From positions 11,838 through 75,837 of the forward strand of contig CALFUV010000008.1 of NCBI GenBank assembly GCA_937929825.1: 64,000 nt of DNA, written 5' to 3'. Below the pieces are notes generated by a model, which was not told the DNA's origin, made no database searches, and worked only from the letters and a program-made list of their open reading frames with translations. This DNA is from an uncultured Patescibacteria group bacterium. GTDB taxonomy: Bacteria; Patescibacteriota; Patescibacteriia; Veblenbacterales; UBA10138. The translations under genes and the position numbers were made by a program. Of this stretch, positions 8,746 through 21,838 are shown piece after piece. Each line of letters opens with the position of its first letter. The stretch's first letter is position 1.

Positions 8746-11673
8746 ATGCCAACAAAATCACTCAAAAATAATAATAACAGTCGTTCTACTAAATCTAAAA
8801 TAGGCAACGGTAGCAATGCCATTCCAACTGATAGTATAAGAATCCGCGGTGCGCGGGTGCATAATTTAAAGAACATTTCTTTGAATATTCCCCGGAATAA
8901 ACTGGTAGTTATTACCGGACTTTCCGGTTCAGGGAAATCTTCTTTAGCTTTTGACACCATATATGCTGAAGGACAAAGGCGTTATATAGAGTCACTCTCG
9001 GCTTACGCCAGGCAGTTTTTGGGTATGATGGATAAACCAGATGTGGATCAAATAGATGGACTTTCGCCGGCTATTTCTATTGATCAGAAGTCTACTTCAC
9101 ATAATCCACGTTCCACCGTAGGCACAGTTACGGAAATTTATGATTATTTAAGATTGCTCTACGCCCGCATTGGTATTCCTCATTGCCCTAATTGTGGCCG
9201 TGAAGTAAGCAAGCAGTCAATTGATCAGATAGTTAGTCGATTGTTGGAATTGCCTCAAGGTACAGAAATTTCTTTGCTTTCACCGGTAGTTAGAGATCAA
9301 AAAGGTGAGCATAAGAATACGGTAGCTGAACTTAAAAAGGCTGGTTATGTACGATTGCGTTTTGATGGTAAGCAAATTTCTATTGAAGAAGCCGAAGATT
9401 TGAAGGTGGATAAGCAAAAAAAACACACTGTGGAGGTAGTAGTAGATAGGTTAAAAATTAGTCACGAGTCTGACGATATAACACGTTTACATGATTCTTT
9501 GGAAACAGCCCTTGATTGGGGAGATGGTTTAGTAACAGTTTCTCGCCAAGATACCAGTGAAGATATGCTTTTTAGTCAGCATTTTTCTTGTCCGCACTGT
9601 CAGATTGATTTGCCAAATATTGAGCCGCGTAGCTTTTCTTTTAATTCTCCTCATGGCGCTTGCCCGACTTGTACTGGTTTGGGTACTAGGTTGGAAATTG
9701 ATCCGGATTTGGTAATTCCCAATAAAAAACTATCTTTAGCCGAAGGAGCTATTCGCCCCTGGAGTCGCACCAGTGCCAATCAAACTTGGTATTACCGTAT
9801 TTTAGAAGCAGTAGCGCGTGAATATGGTTTTGGTTTGAATCAGCCTGTATCAAAATTAACCCCGGCGCAATTAAAATTAGTGCTCTATGGTACAGGCAGT
9901 AAAAATTATAATGTAAATGCCGGTGCTGGCGAGGGAGGTAAGGTAAGAGCTTTTTATACAACTTATGAAGGAGTCATACCTAATTTGGAACGACGTTACC
10001 GAGAAACAGAATCAGATTATATGCGATCTGAAATTGAGCGCTATATGAGAGTTTGGCCTTGTTCGGCTTGCCAAGGCAAAAGATTAAAACCAGAAATTTT
10101 AGCTGTTACTGTAGTTGATAAAAGCATTGCTGAGGTGGTAAACATGTCTGTTACCGAAGCTGGTGAATTTTTTTACGAACTTGTAGCTCAGCACAAATTA
10201 AATGAGCGAGATATGAAAATCGCTCACACTATAATAAAAGAAATCAGGGAAAGACTTTCTTTTCTAAGTAATGTTGGTTTGGATTATTTAACATTAGATA
10301 GAGCCGCGGCCACTCTTTCCGGCGGTGAAGCTCAGCGTATTAGATTAGCTACACAAATTGGCTCATCTTTAGTAGGTGTTATTTATATTTTAGATGAACC
10401 TTCTATTGGTTTGCATCAACGCGATAACGATAAATTGATTACTACTCTTAAAAGTTTACGCGATCTGGGTAATACTGTAATAGTGGTGGAGCATGATAGA
10501 GAAACTATGCTGGCGGCAGATGAGCTAATTGATATTGGTCCCGGCGCCGGGAAACATGGGGGTGAAGTTATAGCACAAGGGTCGCCAAGTCAAGTAGCTC
10601 AAAATAACAAGTCGTTAACCGGAAAATATCTTAGCGGTCAGTTGGCAATTCCTGTGCCAGTAAAATCAAGAAAAGGTAATGGTAAGGTAATTACTATACA
10701 AGGTGCCCAAGAATTTAATTTAAAAAATATTACAGTGGATATTCCATTAGGTAAGTTTGTTTGTATCACCGGTGTTTCCGGCTCAGGTAAATCTACTCTA
10801 ATGACTGATATATTATCTCGTGCTCTAGCTCAGCATTTTTATAATGCCAAAGATCTGCCGGGTAAACACAAAGCCATTCGTGGGTTGGAACACATTGATA
10901 AAGTAATTACTATTGACCAATCACCAATCGGCCGTACGCCGCGGAGTAACCCCGCCACTTATACCGGAGTATTTACTCCTATTCGCGATCTTTTTTCACA
11001 ATTACCGGAAGCTAAAATTCGCGGTTATGATCCGGGCAGGTTTTCTTTCAATGTCAAAGGCGGACGCTGTGAGGCTTGTGAAGGTGATGGTTTAGTGCGG
11101 ATTGAAATGCATTTTTTACCCGATGTTTATGTGGAATGCGAAGAATGTCATGGCCGGCGCTACAATAGCCAAGCCTTGGAAATTCACTATAAAGGCAAAA
11201 ATATTGCCGATGTTTTACAAATGACCGCGGAAGAGGCTTTTGTTTTTTTTGAAAATGTGCCGGCAATTCAGCAAAAATTGAAAGTATTATGTGATGTGGG
11301 GTTGGGGTATATTCATTTGGGGCAAAGCGCTACCACACTTTCCGGCGGCGAGGCGCAAAGAATTAAGCTGGCTACGGAACTTTCTAGGCGTTCTACTGGA
11401 CGTACTCTTTATATTTTAGACGAACCAACTACCGGATTGCATTTTGAGGATATTAAAAGATTATTAGCCGTTTTGGCTGAATTGGTAGATAGAGGCAATA
11501 CTGTGTTGGTAATTGAACATAATTTGGATGTTATAAAGTGTGCTGATTGGATAATTGATTTGGGGCCGGAAGGCGGCAATAAAGGGGGTGAAGTGGTAGC
11601 ACTGGGCACGCCGCGAGATATAGCTAAATGCAAAAATAGTTACACCGGTCAGTGGCTGAAAAAGGTTTTGTAG
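8746..11673 (+). CDS. uvrA: Excinuclease ABC subunit A (UvrA)
   Basis: Two ABC ATPase modules ([12 protein letters not shown] and [11 protein letters not shown]), two LSGGEAQR signature motifs, zinc-finger cysteines ([28 protein letters not shown]). The track starts at TTG 8698; ATG 8746 (MPTKSLK...) is taken here, and either is possible. Confidence 0.9.
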   Translation: MPTKSLKNNNNSRSTKSKIGNGSNAIPTDSIRIRGARVHNLKNISLNIPRNKLVVITGLSGSGKSSLAFDTIYAEGQRRYIESLSAYARQFLGMMDKPDVDQIDGLSPAISIDQKSTSHNPRSTVGTVTEIYDYLRLLYARIGIPHCPNCGREVSKQSIDQIVSRLLELPQGTEISLLSPVVRDQKGEHKNTVAELKKAGYVRLRFDGKQISIEEAEDLKVDKQKKHTVEVVVDRLKISHESDDITRLHDSLETALDWGDGLVTVSRQDTSEDMLFSQHFSCPHCQIDLPNIEPRSFSFNSPHGACPTCTGLGTRLEIDPDLVIPNKKLSLAEGAIRPWSRTSANQTWYYRILEAVAREYGFGLNQPVSKLTPAQLKLVLYGTGSKNYNVNAGAGEGGKVRAFYTTYEGVIPNLERRYRETESDYMRSEIERYMRVWPCSACQGKRLKPEILAVTVVDKSIAEVVNMSVTEAGEFFYELVAQHKLNERDMKIAHTIIKEIRERLSFLSNVGLDYLTLDRAAATLSGGEAQRIRLATQIGSSLVGVIYILDEPSIGLHQRDNDKLITTLKSLRDLGNTVIVVEHDRETMLAADELIDIGPGAGKHGGEVIAQGSPSQVAQNNKSLTGKYLSGQLAIPVPVKSRKGNGKVITIQGAQEFNLKNITVDIPLGKFVCITGVSGSGKSTLMTDILSRALAQHFYNAKDLPGKHKAIRGLEHIDKVITIDQSPIGRTPRSNPATYTGVFTPIRDLFSQLPEAKIRGYDPGRFSFNVKGGRCEACEGDGLVRIEMHFLPDVYVECEECHGRRYNSQALEIHYKGKNIADVLQMTAEEAFVFFENVPAIQQKLKVLCDVGLGYIHLGQSATTLSGGEAQRIKLATELSRRSTGRTLYILDEPTTGLHFEDIKRLLAVLAELVDRGNTVLVIEHNLDVIKCADWIIDLGPEGGNKGGEVVALGTPRDIAKCKNSYTGQWLKKVL

Positions 11674-11792
11674 TGCAATTATTTATATTTAAGATATTAA
11701 ATAAATTAATAATATAGCTATTAATAGGTTAATGTTGGATACTTGTTGGTTTTATTATTGTCAACAAGTGATTTACGGATGATAATAAAGCT

Positions 11793-13094
11793 ATGAAATG
11801 GCCGGTTAAAAAAATACAACTCAGCTTGTTCTATTTGTTGGTATTTTTTTTACCCTGGCAAACTCGGTATATTTTTTATGAACCTTTGTTAAATGGCGGG
11901 GTTTGGGAGTACGGCAAACTCAGCCTGTACAGTTGGGATATAATTTTATTCATACTTATAGTTTGGTTATGGCCCCACATTAGACAGGAATTAATAGTGT
12001 TGTTTAAACAAAGCCGCGCTTGGTCTTTTTTTATAATGCTTGCTAGCTTAGCTTTTTTAATAGGGGGCTGGGCATATGATCCAATTTTATCTTTATATTG
12101 GGGAATACGTTTATTATGCGGTGGAGCATTGTGGTTAATATTGAGAATACTTAAACCAAAGATATCATTAATATTTCTCAGTTTAGCTCTAGCTGGTACT
12201 TTTCAGGCTATTTGGGGATTAGGACAGTTTGTTGTTCAGGATATACCAGCTAATAAATGGCTAGGTGTGGCCGCTCATCCTATAACTCAAGCAGGGACTT
12301 CTGTTTTATTAAATGAAGGCGGGCGCTGGTTGCGTGCTTATGGCGGGCAGGCACACCCTAATATTTTAGGAGGATTATTGGTGATTACATCCTTAGCCAC
12401 TGTTTGGTTAATAGTAAATTTAAAAATAAAAAATTGGCATTTTATTATTAGTCAGAAAATATTAAAAAGAGGATTATGGTTTATTTATATTCTTCAGCTT
12501 GTTGGTTTGTTTTTGGCCTTTTCTCGAGCGGCCTGGCTGGCTTTTTTTATATCACTTAGTTTATTTGTTGGAAGATTTTGGAATAGTAAAATAAAAAATA
12601 ATTTATCTCAATTTATGCCCTTAGTAGCAGCAGTAATTATTTTTATAATTATGGGAACTGTTTTGTGGCAGCCAACTCGCGCCAGATTAATTGGTGACAG
12701 CGTCAGCCGGTTAGAAAAACAAGCTATTGAAGAAAGAATTAGGGGTATGACTGAAAGTAAAAGTTTATTGGGTGCTAATTGGTGGCGCGGTGTTGGTTTG
12801 GGAAATTATACCAAAGCTTTAGCAATATATTCGCCCGGTTATCAATCTTATGTTTATCAGCCAGTACATAATATTTTTTTATTGATTTTAACGGAACTTG
12901 GTTTAGTTGGCCTAGTTTTGTGGATTTTATTTATTTGGCATATATTTAAAATTTACAAGCCGGCATTAATAATATTTTTAGTGCCGATTGGAATTACTGT
13001 TTTTTTTGACCATTATTGGTGGACTTCAGCTTCTATGTGGTTATTATTTTGGCTAGTAATAGCCCTGCCAGAGGGTGAATTAGATAGCTCTTGA
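11793..13094 (+). CDS. O-antigen ligase (WaaL/Wzy_C)-like polytopic membrane protein
   Basis: 433 aa, about 10-12 TM helices, periplasmic-loop motif RAAWLAFFISLSL, and the H-N...E.G..G motif (QPVHNIFLLILTELGLVGL) characteristic of O-antigen ligase-type polymerases. Confidence 0.55.
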   Translation: MKWPVKKIQLSLFYLLVFFLPWQTRYIFYEPLLNGGVWEYGKLSLYSWDIILFILIVWLWPHIRQELIVLFKQSRAWSFFIMLASLAFLIGGWAYDPILSLYWGIRLLCGGALWLILRILKPKISLIFLSLALAGTFQAIWGLGQFVVQDIPANKWLGVAAHPITQAGTSVLLNEGGRWLRAYGGQAHPNILGGLLVITSLATVWLIVNLKIKNWHFIISQKILKRGLWFIYILQLVGLFLAFSRAAWLAFFISLSLFVGRFWNSKIKNNLSQFMPLVAAVIIFIIMGTVLWQPTRARLIGDSVSRLEKQAIEERIRGMTESKSLLGANWWRGVGLGNYTKALAIYSPGYQSYVYQPVHNIFLLILTELGLVGLVLWILFIWHIFKIYKPALIIFLVPIGITVFFDHYWWTSASMWLLFWLVIALPEGELDSS

Positions 13095-13162
13095 CAGCTT
13101 TTTAGACCTTATTTAAAATAAGGATTGGCTGTTAATTAGCACTCTCATATAAAGAGTGCTAA
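13091..13162 (+). promoter_or_regulatory. Sigma-70-type promoter (TTGACA...TATTTAAAAT) followed by a perfect CIRCE inverted repeat (HrcA operator) upstream of groES
   Basis: TTGACA at 13091-13096; CIRCE TTAGCACTC-tcatataaa-GAGTGCTAA at 13136-13162 matches the canonical TTAGCACTC-N9-GAGTGCTAA. Confidence 0.8.
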
Positions 13163-13199
13163 TTACCTCAAATTTCTAATAATTAATTATATTTAACCT

Positions 13200-13496
13200 A
13201 TGAATTTAAAACTTAAACCCTTAGGTGATCATATTGTGGTTAAAGTGGTAAAGGAGGATAAAACCACTAAGTCAGGTATTGTCTTGCCTGATACAGTAGA
13301 TAAGGAAAAGCAGGAAACCGGCGAAGTTATAGCTGTGGGGCCGGGTAAATTACTTGATAATGGCAACCGTGCTCCTATGGAAGTTAAACCGGGCGATAAG
13401 GTGCTATTTAAGAAATACTCTTTAGATGAATTTAAAATTGACGAGGAAGAGTTTGGTACTCTCCAACTTTCTGACGTCATTGCAATTATTGAATAA
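13200..13496 (+). CDS. groES: Co-chaperonin GroES
   Basis: 98 aa, LKPLGDHIVVKVVKEDKTTKSGIVLPD...GEVIAVGPG. Confidence 0.95.
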   Translation: MNLKLKPLGDHIVVKVVKEDKTTKSGIVLPDTVDKEKQETGEVIAVGPGKLLDNGNRAPMEVKPGDKVLFKKYSLDEFKIDEEEFGTLQLSDVIAIIE

Positions 13497-13507
13497 TTAA
13501 TTTTTAA

Positions 13508-15145
<1,638 letters not shown>

Positions 15146-15170
15146 ATCTGGCATACTAGAACTAGTATTT

Positions 15171-15212
15171 AAATCCCTGCACTAAAAATGCAGGGATTTT
15201 TGTTTATTTTTT
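15171..15212 (+). terminator. Intrinsic terminator after groEL
   Basis: AAATCCCTGCA-ctaaaaa-TGCAGGGATTT followed by TTGTTTATTTTTTT. Confidence 0.7.
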
Positions 15213-15239
15213 TATAAAAAAAAATTATAATTACAATAT

Positions 15240-15692
15240 ATGACAAATGATAGTAATATAGGTTTATTTGGCCAGCCGATGCGCTGGTATGTGGACAGGG
15301 TTGAGTGGCCTTTTGTGGGATTAAGTTTGTTTTTTATTTTTGGTTTTTTAGTAAGTTATTGGATTGAGTTTCCATATCTTGAGGTGGTAGCTCCATTAGT
15401 GTTGATAGCTCAATTAGTAGGAGCTATTTTTACAGCTTATTTTGCGGGAATTCGTTCTGGAGCTACAGTTGCCCAAATTATAGTCACTTGCTTTTTGGTA
15501 GGTTTTGTCAGCGGAGTAATTAACGCTTTTCTTTCTCTTATTCGTTTTGTTTTTATTTATCCTTGGCTTTTGCTAAACTTAATTACAGAGCCGGTATGGA
15601 GTGGTTTGCTGGCTGGGGTTATGGGTTTAATAACCATTGGTTTTTTCCGTTTACCTAAGATTATGAATTCGGTAAAAAATAATCACTTATAA
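15240..15692 (+). CDS. Hypothetical membrane protein (4 TM)
   Basis: 150 aa, strongly hydrophobic. Confidence 0.4.
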   Translation: MTNDSNIGLFGQPMRWYVDRVEWPFVGLSLFFIFGFLVSYWIEFPYLEVVAPLVLIAQLVGAIFTAYFAGIRSGATVAQIIVTCFLVGFVSGVINAFLSLIRFVFIYPWLLLNLITEPVWSGLLAGVMGLITIGFFRLPKIMNSVKNNHL

Positions 15693-15792
15693 TACAGAGT
15701 TAAAATATTAGTTTTTTGTAAATTTTTGTGATATGAGAAGAGGTGAATTATATATAAATTTATTAATTTAATTCTTAACTAATCTATAACTT

Positions 15793-16119
15793 ATGCCAAA
15801 TGAACAAGCCAATCCATCAGTCGGAAATTCCGTTTCTGACGATAAGGTTTTTGCCGTTATGAGCTATCTTTGGGTACTATGTCTTATTCCGCTGCTCATG
15901 AAGCGGGGTAATGCTTTTATTCAAAGCCATGCCAAGCAGGGTTTTTTGCTTTTCTTATTTGAAGTAGTTATTTGGGTGCTAATGTTTATTCCTCCTTTAT
16001 ATTTTATTGGCGTATTAGTAGCATTTGTTTTTTCTATTATGGGAATTTTAAACGCTCTTCAGGGTAAAGAATGGGAAATGCCGGTTTTGGGCGTTTATGC
16101 TAAAAAACTGAATTTTTAA
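15793..16119 (+). CDS. Small membrane protein, DUF4870-like
   Basis: 108 aa; YLWVLCLIPLLMKRGNAFIQSHAKQGFLLF resembles the conserved H-A-K-Q core of DUF4870-type two-TM proteins. Recognised by pattern only. Confidence 0.35.
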   Translation: MPNEQANPSVGNSVSDDKVFAVMSYLWVLCLIPLLMKRGNAFIQSHAKQGFLLFLFEVVIWVLMFIPPLYFIGVLVAFVFSIMGILNALQGKEWEMPVLGVYAKKLNF

Positions 16120-16148
16120 ATTACGATTTGTAGTTATATATGGTATAA

Positions 16149-16181
16149 TTTTGGAGCCTATTAAAGGCTCCAAAATTTTTT
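16149..16181 (+). terminator. Intrinsic terminator between the DUF4870-like gene and ppsA
   Basis: TTTTGGAGCC-tattaaa-GGCTCCAAAA followed by TTTTTT. Confidence 0.55.
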
Positions 16182-16205
16182 AATTCATAATCTATTTAAG
16201 TTTCT

Positions 16206-18626
16206 ATGCCCAATTCCCGTGCCAAGCAATTTGTTTTGCCCTTTAATCAAATAACCATTAAAGATATTCCACTAGTTGGCGGTAAAGGAGCCTCTTTGGG
16301 TGAAATGTATCAACGTCTTACTCCTAAGGGGGTAAAAATCCCTCCGGGATTTGCAGTGACAGCTTATGCTTATCGTTATTTTTTGAAAAAAGCTAAGATA
16401 GAGCAAAAAATCAAGGAAATTTTAAAAGATTTGGACACCCACAATTTAAAGGATTTAGCTGAACGCGGTCGGGCAGTACGGCAGGCGATAATGGAGGCTG
16501 AATTTCCTCCTGAAATTAAAAAGGTTATTTTAACCGAGTATCATAAACTTTCCAAAAAGTATGGTGTTAAGAATGTAGATGTGGCTGTGCGCTCTTCAGC
16601 TACAGCGGAAGATTTGCCTGATGCTTCTTTTGCCGGTCAACAGGAAAGCTATTTAAATATTGTGGGGGGGGAAGCTTTGCTTAAAGCCTGTCGTGAGTGC
16701 ATGGCCTCTCTTTTTACCGATAGGGCAATTTCTTACCGTGTGGATAAGCATTTTGATCATTTTAAAATTGGTCTTTCTATTGTTGTACAAAAGATGGTGC
16801 GATCTGATAAGGCTTGCTCTGGGGTAATGTTTACTATTGATACCGAAAGTGGTTTTCGCGATGTGATTCTTATAAACAGTTCTTGGGGGTTGGGTGAATA
16901 CATTGTTAAGGGTATGGTAACGCCTGATGAATTTTTGGTTTTCAAACCCACTCTTCGTCAAGGCTTCTCGTCTATTATTAATCAGCAATTGGGTAGTAAA
17001 GAGAAAAAATTGGTTTATGCTTCAAGTGGCGCTAAACCAACCAAAGAGTTGATTGTTAAACAACGCGATCGCAATCGTTTTTCATTAAAGCAGGCGGAAG
17101 TAATGCAGTTGGCGCGTTGGGGGATGATTATTGAAGAGCATTATAAAAGACCTATGGATACTGAATGGGCTAAGGATGGTAAAACCGGTGAGCTTTATAT
17201 AGTCCAGGCGCGGCCTGAAACAGTAGAAGCCATAAAGTCACGTAATATAATTGAGAATTATAAACTTAAGAAATCAGGCAAAGTTTTAATAGAAGGCATT
17301 GCTGTGGGTGCCAAAATAGGACAAGGACCAGTACAGCTGATTAAATCTGTCAAAGAAATAAGTAAGTTTAAAAAAGGATCGGTGTTGGTAACAGAGATGA
17401 CCGACCCGGATTGGGAGCCTGTAATGAAACAAGCTACAGCCATAGTAACAGATTCTGGTGGGCGGACCTGTCACGCCGCTATTGTCAGTCGCGAATTAGG
17501 AATTCCATGTATTGTAGGCACAGGCAAGGCTACACATATTTTAAAAACGAATCAGACTGTTACTGTTTCTTGTGCTGAGGGTGAACAAGGTAAAGTTTAT
17601 GAAGGCATATTGCCATACGAAGTAGAGCGCACCAATATAAGAAATATTGGTCGCCCTAAAACAAAAATTATGATGAATGTAGGTGAACCGCATCAGGCAT
17701 TTAGTTTTTCTTTTTTACCCAATGACGGTGTAGGGTTGGCCCGTGAGGAATTTATTATCAACAATGCTATTAAAATTCATCCCTTAGCTTTAATCAATTA
17801 TGATAAGTTAAAGGATAAAAAAGCCAAGGCGCAAATAGCTAAGCTTACGGTAGGTTATCTTGCCAAGCCTCGTTATTTTATAGATAAACTAGCTCAAGGC
17901 GTGGGGCAAATAGCTGCGGCTTTTTATCCCAAAGACGTTATTATTAGGTTGTCTGATTTTAAAACCAATGAATACGCCGGATTAATTGGCGGCCGAGAAT
18001 TTGAGCCCAAAGAGGAAAACCCCATGATTGGCTGGCGCGGTGCTTCACGTTATTATTCCCCTGCTTATGAGCCTGCTTTCCGTTTGGAGTGTAAAGCCTT
18101 AAGAAAAGTTCGTGAGGAGTTTGGCTTGAAGAACTTAAAAATAATGATACCGTTTTGCCGCACAGTGGAAGAGGGTGAGCAGGTTTTGAAAATAATGGCT
18201 GCGGAAGGCCTGAAGCAGGGCAAAGATGGTTTGCAAGTGTATGTAATGTGCGAGATTCCTTCCAATGTCATATTGGCACGAGATTTTGCTCGCATTTTTG
18301 ATGGCTTTTCCATCGGTTCCAATGATCTCACCCAATTAACCTTGGGTATTGATAGGGATTCCGGGATATTAAAAGTAGCAGGTGTATCCAACGAAAAGAA
18401 TGAAGCAGTTAAAACTCTTATTAGACAGGTTATTAAAGAAGCCAAATTACAGGGCAAAAAAATAGGTATTTGCGGACAAGGTCCTTCTGATTTCCCTGAT
18501 TTTGCTGAATTTTTGGTGCGTGAAGGAATAGATTCGCTATCTTTAAACCCTGATTCAGTTTTAAATACTACCTTAAATATTGTTAAGTTAGAAAAAAGCT
18601 TGGAACTCAAGCGTGGTAAAAAGTAA
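16206..18626 (+). CDS. ppsA: Phosphoenolpyruvate synthase (pyruvate, water dikinase)
   Basis: 806 aa; ATP-grasp N-domain, phospho-histidine domain GGRTCHAAIVSRELGIPCIVG, C-terminal PEP-utilising TIM barrel (MCEIPS, GSNDLTQ). Confidence 0.9.
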   Translation: MPNSRAKQFVLPFNQITIKDIPLVGGKGASLGEMYQRLTPKGVKIPPGFAVTAYAYRYFLKKAKIEQKIKEILKDLDTHNLKDLAERGRAVRQAIMEAEFPPEIKKVILTEYHKLSKKYGVKNVDVAVRSSATAEDLPDASFAGQQESYLNIVGGEALLKACRECMASLFTDRAISYRVDKHFDHFKIGLSIVVQKMVRSDKACSGVMFTIDTESGFRDVILINSSWGLGEYIVKGMVTPDEFLVFKPTLRQGFSSIINQQLGSKEKKLVYASSGAKPTKELIVKQRDRNRFSLKQAEVMQLARWGMIIEEHYKRPMDTEWAKDGKTGELYIVQARPETVEAIKSRNIIENYKLKKSGKVLIEGIAVGAKIGQGPVQLIKSVKEISKFKKGSVLVTEMTDPDWEPVMKQATAIVTDSGGRTCHAAIVSRELGIPCIVGTGKATHILKTNQTVTVSCAEGEQGKVYEGILPYEVERTNIRNIGRPKTKIMMNVGEPHQAFSFSFLPNDGVGLAREEFIINNAIKIHPLALINYDKLKDKKAKAQIAKLTVGYLAKPRYFIDKLAQGVGQIAAAFYPKDVIIRLSDFKTNEYAGLIGGREFEPKEENPMIGWRGASRYYSPAYEPAFRLECKALRKVREEFGLKNLKIMIPFCRTVEEGEQVLKIMAAEGLKQGKDGLQVYVMCEIPSNVILARDFARIFDGFSIGSNDLTQLTLGIDRDSGILKVAGVSNEKNEAVKTLIRQVIKEAKLQGKKIGICGQGPSDFPDFAEFLVREGIDSLSLNPDSVLNTTLNIVKLEKSLELKRGKK

Positions 18627-18641
18627 TAATTGGCATATAAC

Positions 18642-18669
18642 AAAAAAGCGTGACCTTGACGCTTTTTTG
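18642..18669 (+). terminator. Intrinsic terminator after ppsA
   Basis: AAAAAGCGT-gaccttg-ACGCTTTTTT. Confidence 0.55.
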
Positions 18670-18751
18670 TTATTTTGCTAGGTTAATTTTTGCCCTTTAA
18701 AATAGTTCTTATTAAATAAAATAAATTTCAAAAATATTAAGGAGATTTATA

Positions 18752-19054
18752 ATGGGAATTTTGCGTAATCAAGGTATTGATCTTACCTACTTAAATAAAC
18801 AAATCAGCCAAATTATTGGTGATAATAAAATTAATGGTGGAGTTGTAAAACAAGGAAAGTTTTTGATGGTATCTATTCCTAAGGGGACGTTACCTAAATT
18901 ACATAACCCGATTGAATTGTCGGGCAATGATATCAGAAGTAAATATGCAAAGCGTGTTTGTCATCGTAGGTACAATGAAAAAACAAATAAGTTTGTAATA
19001 AAATCAAAACATGCCGCCAGCCTTATTGCCTGTATAAAAGACTGTGTTAATTGA
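18752..19054 (+). CDS. Hypothetical protein (100 aa, basic)
   Basis: ORF with AAGGAG 7 nt upstream; no recognisable family. Confidence 0.35.
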   Translation: MGILRNQGIDLTYLNKQISQIIGDNKINGGVVKQGKFLMVSIPKGTLPKLHNPIELSGNDIRSKYAKRVCHRRYNEKTNKFVIKSKHAASLIACIKDCVN

Positions 19055-19059
19055 TTTTT

Positions 19060-19097
19060 GCCTTGGATTAATAATTAATCCAAGGCCTTTATTTTTA
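19060..19097 (+). terminator. Intrinsic terminator (13-bp perfect stem) after the 100-aa ORF
   Basis: GCCTTGGATTAAT-aa-ATTAATCCAAGGC followed by CTTTATTTTT. Confidence 0.6.
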
Positions 19098-19148
19098 CTT
19101 TGATTTGTGGTATTTTAAAATTCGCTCTGTTATTGTATTTATATGTAT

Positions 19149-19236
<88 letters not shown>

Positions 19237-19365
19237 ATTTACAATTTCAGCATTTTTGATGGTTGTTGCCTCGCGCTCGTTCCTCTCGGTCTTGGTTTCC
19301 GTTGTGATTTTGAAGATGATTAAAAAAGTTTATATCATGTTAGAGAAATTATTAAGCAATTATAT

Positions 19366-20061
19366 ATGCTAAAAGAATCGCAGATGATTCAAGGTTCGGA
19401 TAATTTAGATAATGATAGAGAAAAATTAGAAAAAGAAATTAGAGAAAAGTTGCATCTTTATCATCAAACCTCAAAAGAAAAGTGGCAGCAAATACAAAAA
19501 ATAGGCGCTATTCTTAGTGAAAGAGAATTATTAAATAGAGGATTAATCACAAAGGAACAACTTAATGATTTTGAAACAACCAGCACCGGAGAATTAGATA
19601 GAGAAGCGGGACGTGATAATTATGTTTTTGCTAGCCATAAACCGGCTGGTTATGGAGAAGTAACTTTAGAAATTGATTTATCAGTTCTTGATCTTCCGGA
19701 AACAAAAGTATCTACAGCAGGTGAATATTTGATGCACGCGGTTGATGAGGATGATCAGAATTATTATCAGAATTCATTAATATCCGGCACAGAGTTTATA
19801 AAGTATTTAATTAATTTTTTGCCAACTTTGCCCAATAAAGAATGGTTTTGGAATAATTGTCAAGAAGATTTAGAATTGGCAAAGTTTATAGGAGAGGCTC
19901 ATTTAGATAAATATCAAAAAGGAGATAAGATTAAATTTAGACAATATTGGAAACTCTTTCCAGAAATAATGTTTGCCCAAGAGCTACCATTAAAATATAT
20001 AAAAAGAGTAATTATTGATGGAGTAGAACAGCCGATTAAAAATTACAACGCTGATAATTAA
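19366..20061 (+). CDS. Hypothetical protein (231 aa)
   Basis: Acidic soluble protein; no family recognised by eye. Confidence 0.4.
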   Translation: MLKESQMIQGSDNLDNDREKLEKEIREKLHLYHQTSKEKWQQIQKIGAILSERELLNRGLITKEQLNDFETTSTGELDREAGRDNYVFASHKPAGYGEVTLEIDLSVLDLPETKVSTAGEYLMHAVDEDDQNYYQNSLISGTEFIKYLINFLPTLPNKEWFWNNCQEDLELAKFIGEAHLDKYQKGDKIKFRQYWKLFPEIMFAQELPLKYIKRVIIDGVEQPIKNYNADN

Positions 20062-20063
20062 TT

Positions 20064-21824
20064 ATGTCTAACGAAGTTGAACTAATAAAATCACGTCTGG
20101 ACATAGTGGATGTGATAGGCGAGTATGTGCGCCTTAAGCAGGCCGGCGCTAACTGGAAAGGTTTGTGCCCATTTCACAGTGAAAAGACTCCCAGCTTTAT
20201 GGTACACAAAGAAAAGCAGATTTGGCATTGTTTTGGTTGTGGAATAGGCGGAGATATTTTTGAATTCATACAAAAAATTGAAAATGTGGAATTTCCCGAA
20301 GCTTTGGAAATTTTAGCGCGTAAAGCCGGGGTAGAGCTTAGTCGCCAAAGTAGGGGAATGCCAGCTAATAAACGCACTAGATTATTTCATTTATTGGCAG
20401 AGGCGGCTGTTTATTATCAAGAACAACTTAAAACTAACTCTATTGCCCGACAATATCTGGCTAAAAGAGGGGTATCTGAAGATATAATTAAAGAATTTGG
20501 CTTAGGATATGCGCCAGCCGAGTGGGATAAGCTTAGCAACTATTTACGTAATAAAGGTTTTATTTTAGAGGAATTGTTTAATGCCGGAGTGTCTTTAAAA
20601 AGTGATCGTGGCCCAGGTCTATATGATCGTTTTCGTGATCGTTTGATGTTTCCTATTTGTGATATTCAGGAACGAGTAGTTGGTTTTGGCGGACGCATTT
20701 TGGATTCAGTGGCTCGAGAAGCTAAATATATTAATTCTCCTCAAGGGCCTATTTATAATAAAAGTTTGATTCTTTATAATCTAAATAAAGCCAAAGACTA
20801 TATTCGCTCTGTTGGCTATGCTTTGCTGGTCGAGGGATATATGGATGTCATTGGTGTTTGGCAAGCCGGCATTAAAAATGTGGTGTCTACCTCTGGCACA
20901 TCCTTAACTTCTGAACAAGTTAAATTATTAAAAAGATATACTAATGAAATAAGGTTATGTTTTGATGCAGATTTAGCCGGCGAAACAGCCACCGGGCGAG
21001 GTATTGATTTAGCTTTATCTGCGGAAATGGAAGTAAAAATAATAACTTTGTCTCAGGGGAAAGATCCAGATGAAGCAGTGCGTTTTAATTTATCTAGTTT
21101 TAAACAAGATATTGAGCGAGCCTTGCCCATAGGCGATTATGCTTTTGCAGCAGTTATGAAAAAAGTAGATGTAAAAACTCGCGAAGGTAAAAAGCAAGCA
21201 GCTAAATTATTATTGCAGGCCATAGCTAAATTACCCGATCCGGTGGAAAGAGATTTTTATCTCAAACGTTTAGCTAGGGAGCTGGAAGTTGATGAAAAAA
21301 GTTTACGGGAAAGCCTTCCTGTAAATAAAGGAATTGTAATTACTCAATTACCAGCACCGCTTCCGTCCGAACGTCCCAGTCGAGAGCAGATGCTTGCTGA
21401 AAGATTTATTGTTTTACTTATTAAATTTGGCCATCAGCTTTGGTCACTGGCAAAAGAGTTAGAGCCCGCTATGTTAACTTCTCCCTTAGCTGAACTTTAC
21501 AGACAAGCACTTTTGCAGTATACTGAGAACCAACGTTTCGATTTTAATGAGCTCAAAAACGAGTTTAATAACGAACCAACGTTTAATCGACTTATAGATG
21601 TGCTTTGTATAAGAGCCGAGCATGAATTTTCAGATTTTTCTTTACCGGAGGCCGAGAAAGAATTGGCCCGCGTGATTCACGAAATTAAACTCGGTTATTT
21701 AAAGCGTCAGCTTAAATTATTGAGCGAGGCTATTACTGCGGCTGAACAAGCGGGTCGCACTACAGAACTGGAGAATCTTACTTTGCGTTATCGTGAACTA
21801 ACGCAACAGATTGCCCAATTATAA
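20064..21824 (+). CDS. dnaG: DNA primase DnaG
   Basis: CHC2 zinc finger ([13 protein letters not shown]...WHCFGCG), TOPRIM region ([15 protein letters not shown]). Confidence 0.9.
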   Translation: MSNEVELIKSRLDIVDVIGEYVRLKQAGANWKGLCPFHSEKTPSFMVHKEKQIWHCFGCGIGGDIFEFIQKIENVEFPEALEILARKAGVELSRQSRGMPANKRTRLFHLLAEAAVYYQEQLKTNSIARQYLAKRGVSEDIIKEFGLGYAPAEWDKLSNYLRNKGFILEELFNAGVSLKSDRGPGLYDRFRDRLMFPICDIQERVVGFGGRILDSVAREAKYINSPQGPIYNKSLILYNLNKAKDYIRSVGYALLVEGYMDVIGVWQAGIKNVVSTSGTSLTSEQVKLLKRYTNEIRLCFDADLAGETATGRGIDLALSAEMEVKIITLSQGKDPDEAVRFNLSSFKQDIERALPIGDYAFAAVMKKVDVKTREGKKQAAKLLLQAIAKLPDPVERDFYLKRLARELEVDEKSLRESLPVNKGIVITQLPAPLPSERPSREQMLAERFIVLLIKFGHQLWSLAKELEPAMLTSPLAELYRQALLQYTENQRFDFNELKNEFNNEPTFNRLIDVLCIRAEHEFSDFSLPEAEKELARVIHEIKLGYLKRQLKLLSEAITAAEQAGRTTELENLTLRYRELTQQIAQL

Positions 21825-21838
21825 GTTTATTTATTGTT

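Noticed and set aside
16141-16181. Extended -10-like TGGTATAAT followed by a hairpin and T-run before ppsA, as a possible attenuator or riboswitch
   Set aside because: It is most simply the intrinsic terminator of the upstream DUF4870-like gene; no conserved riboswitch motif is recognisable.
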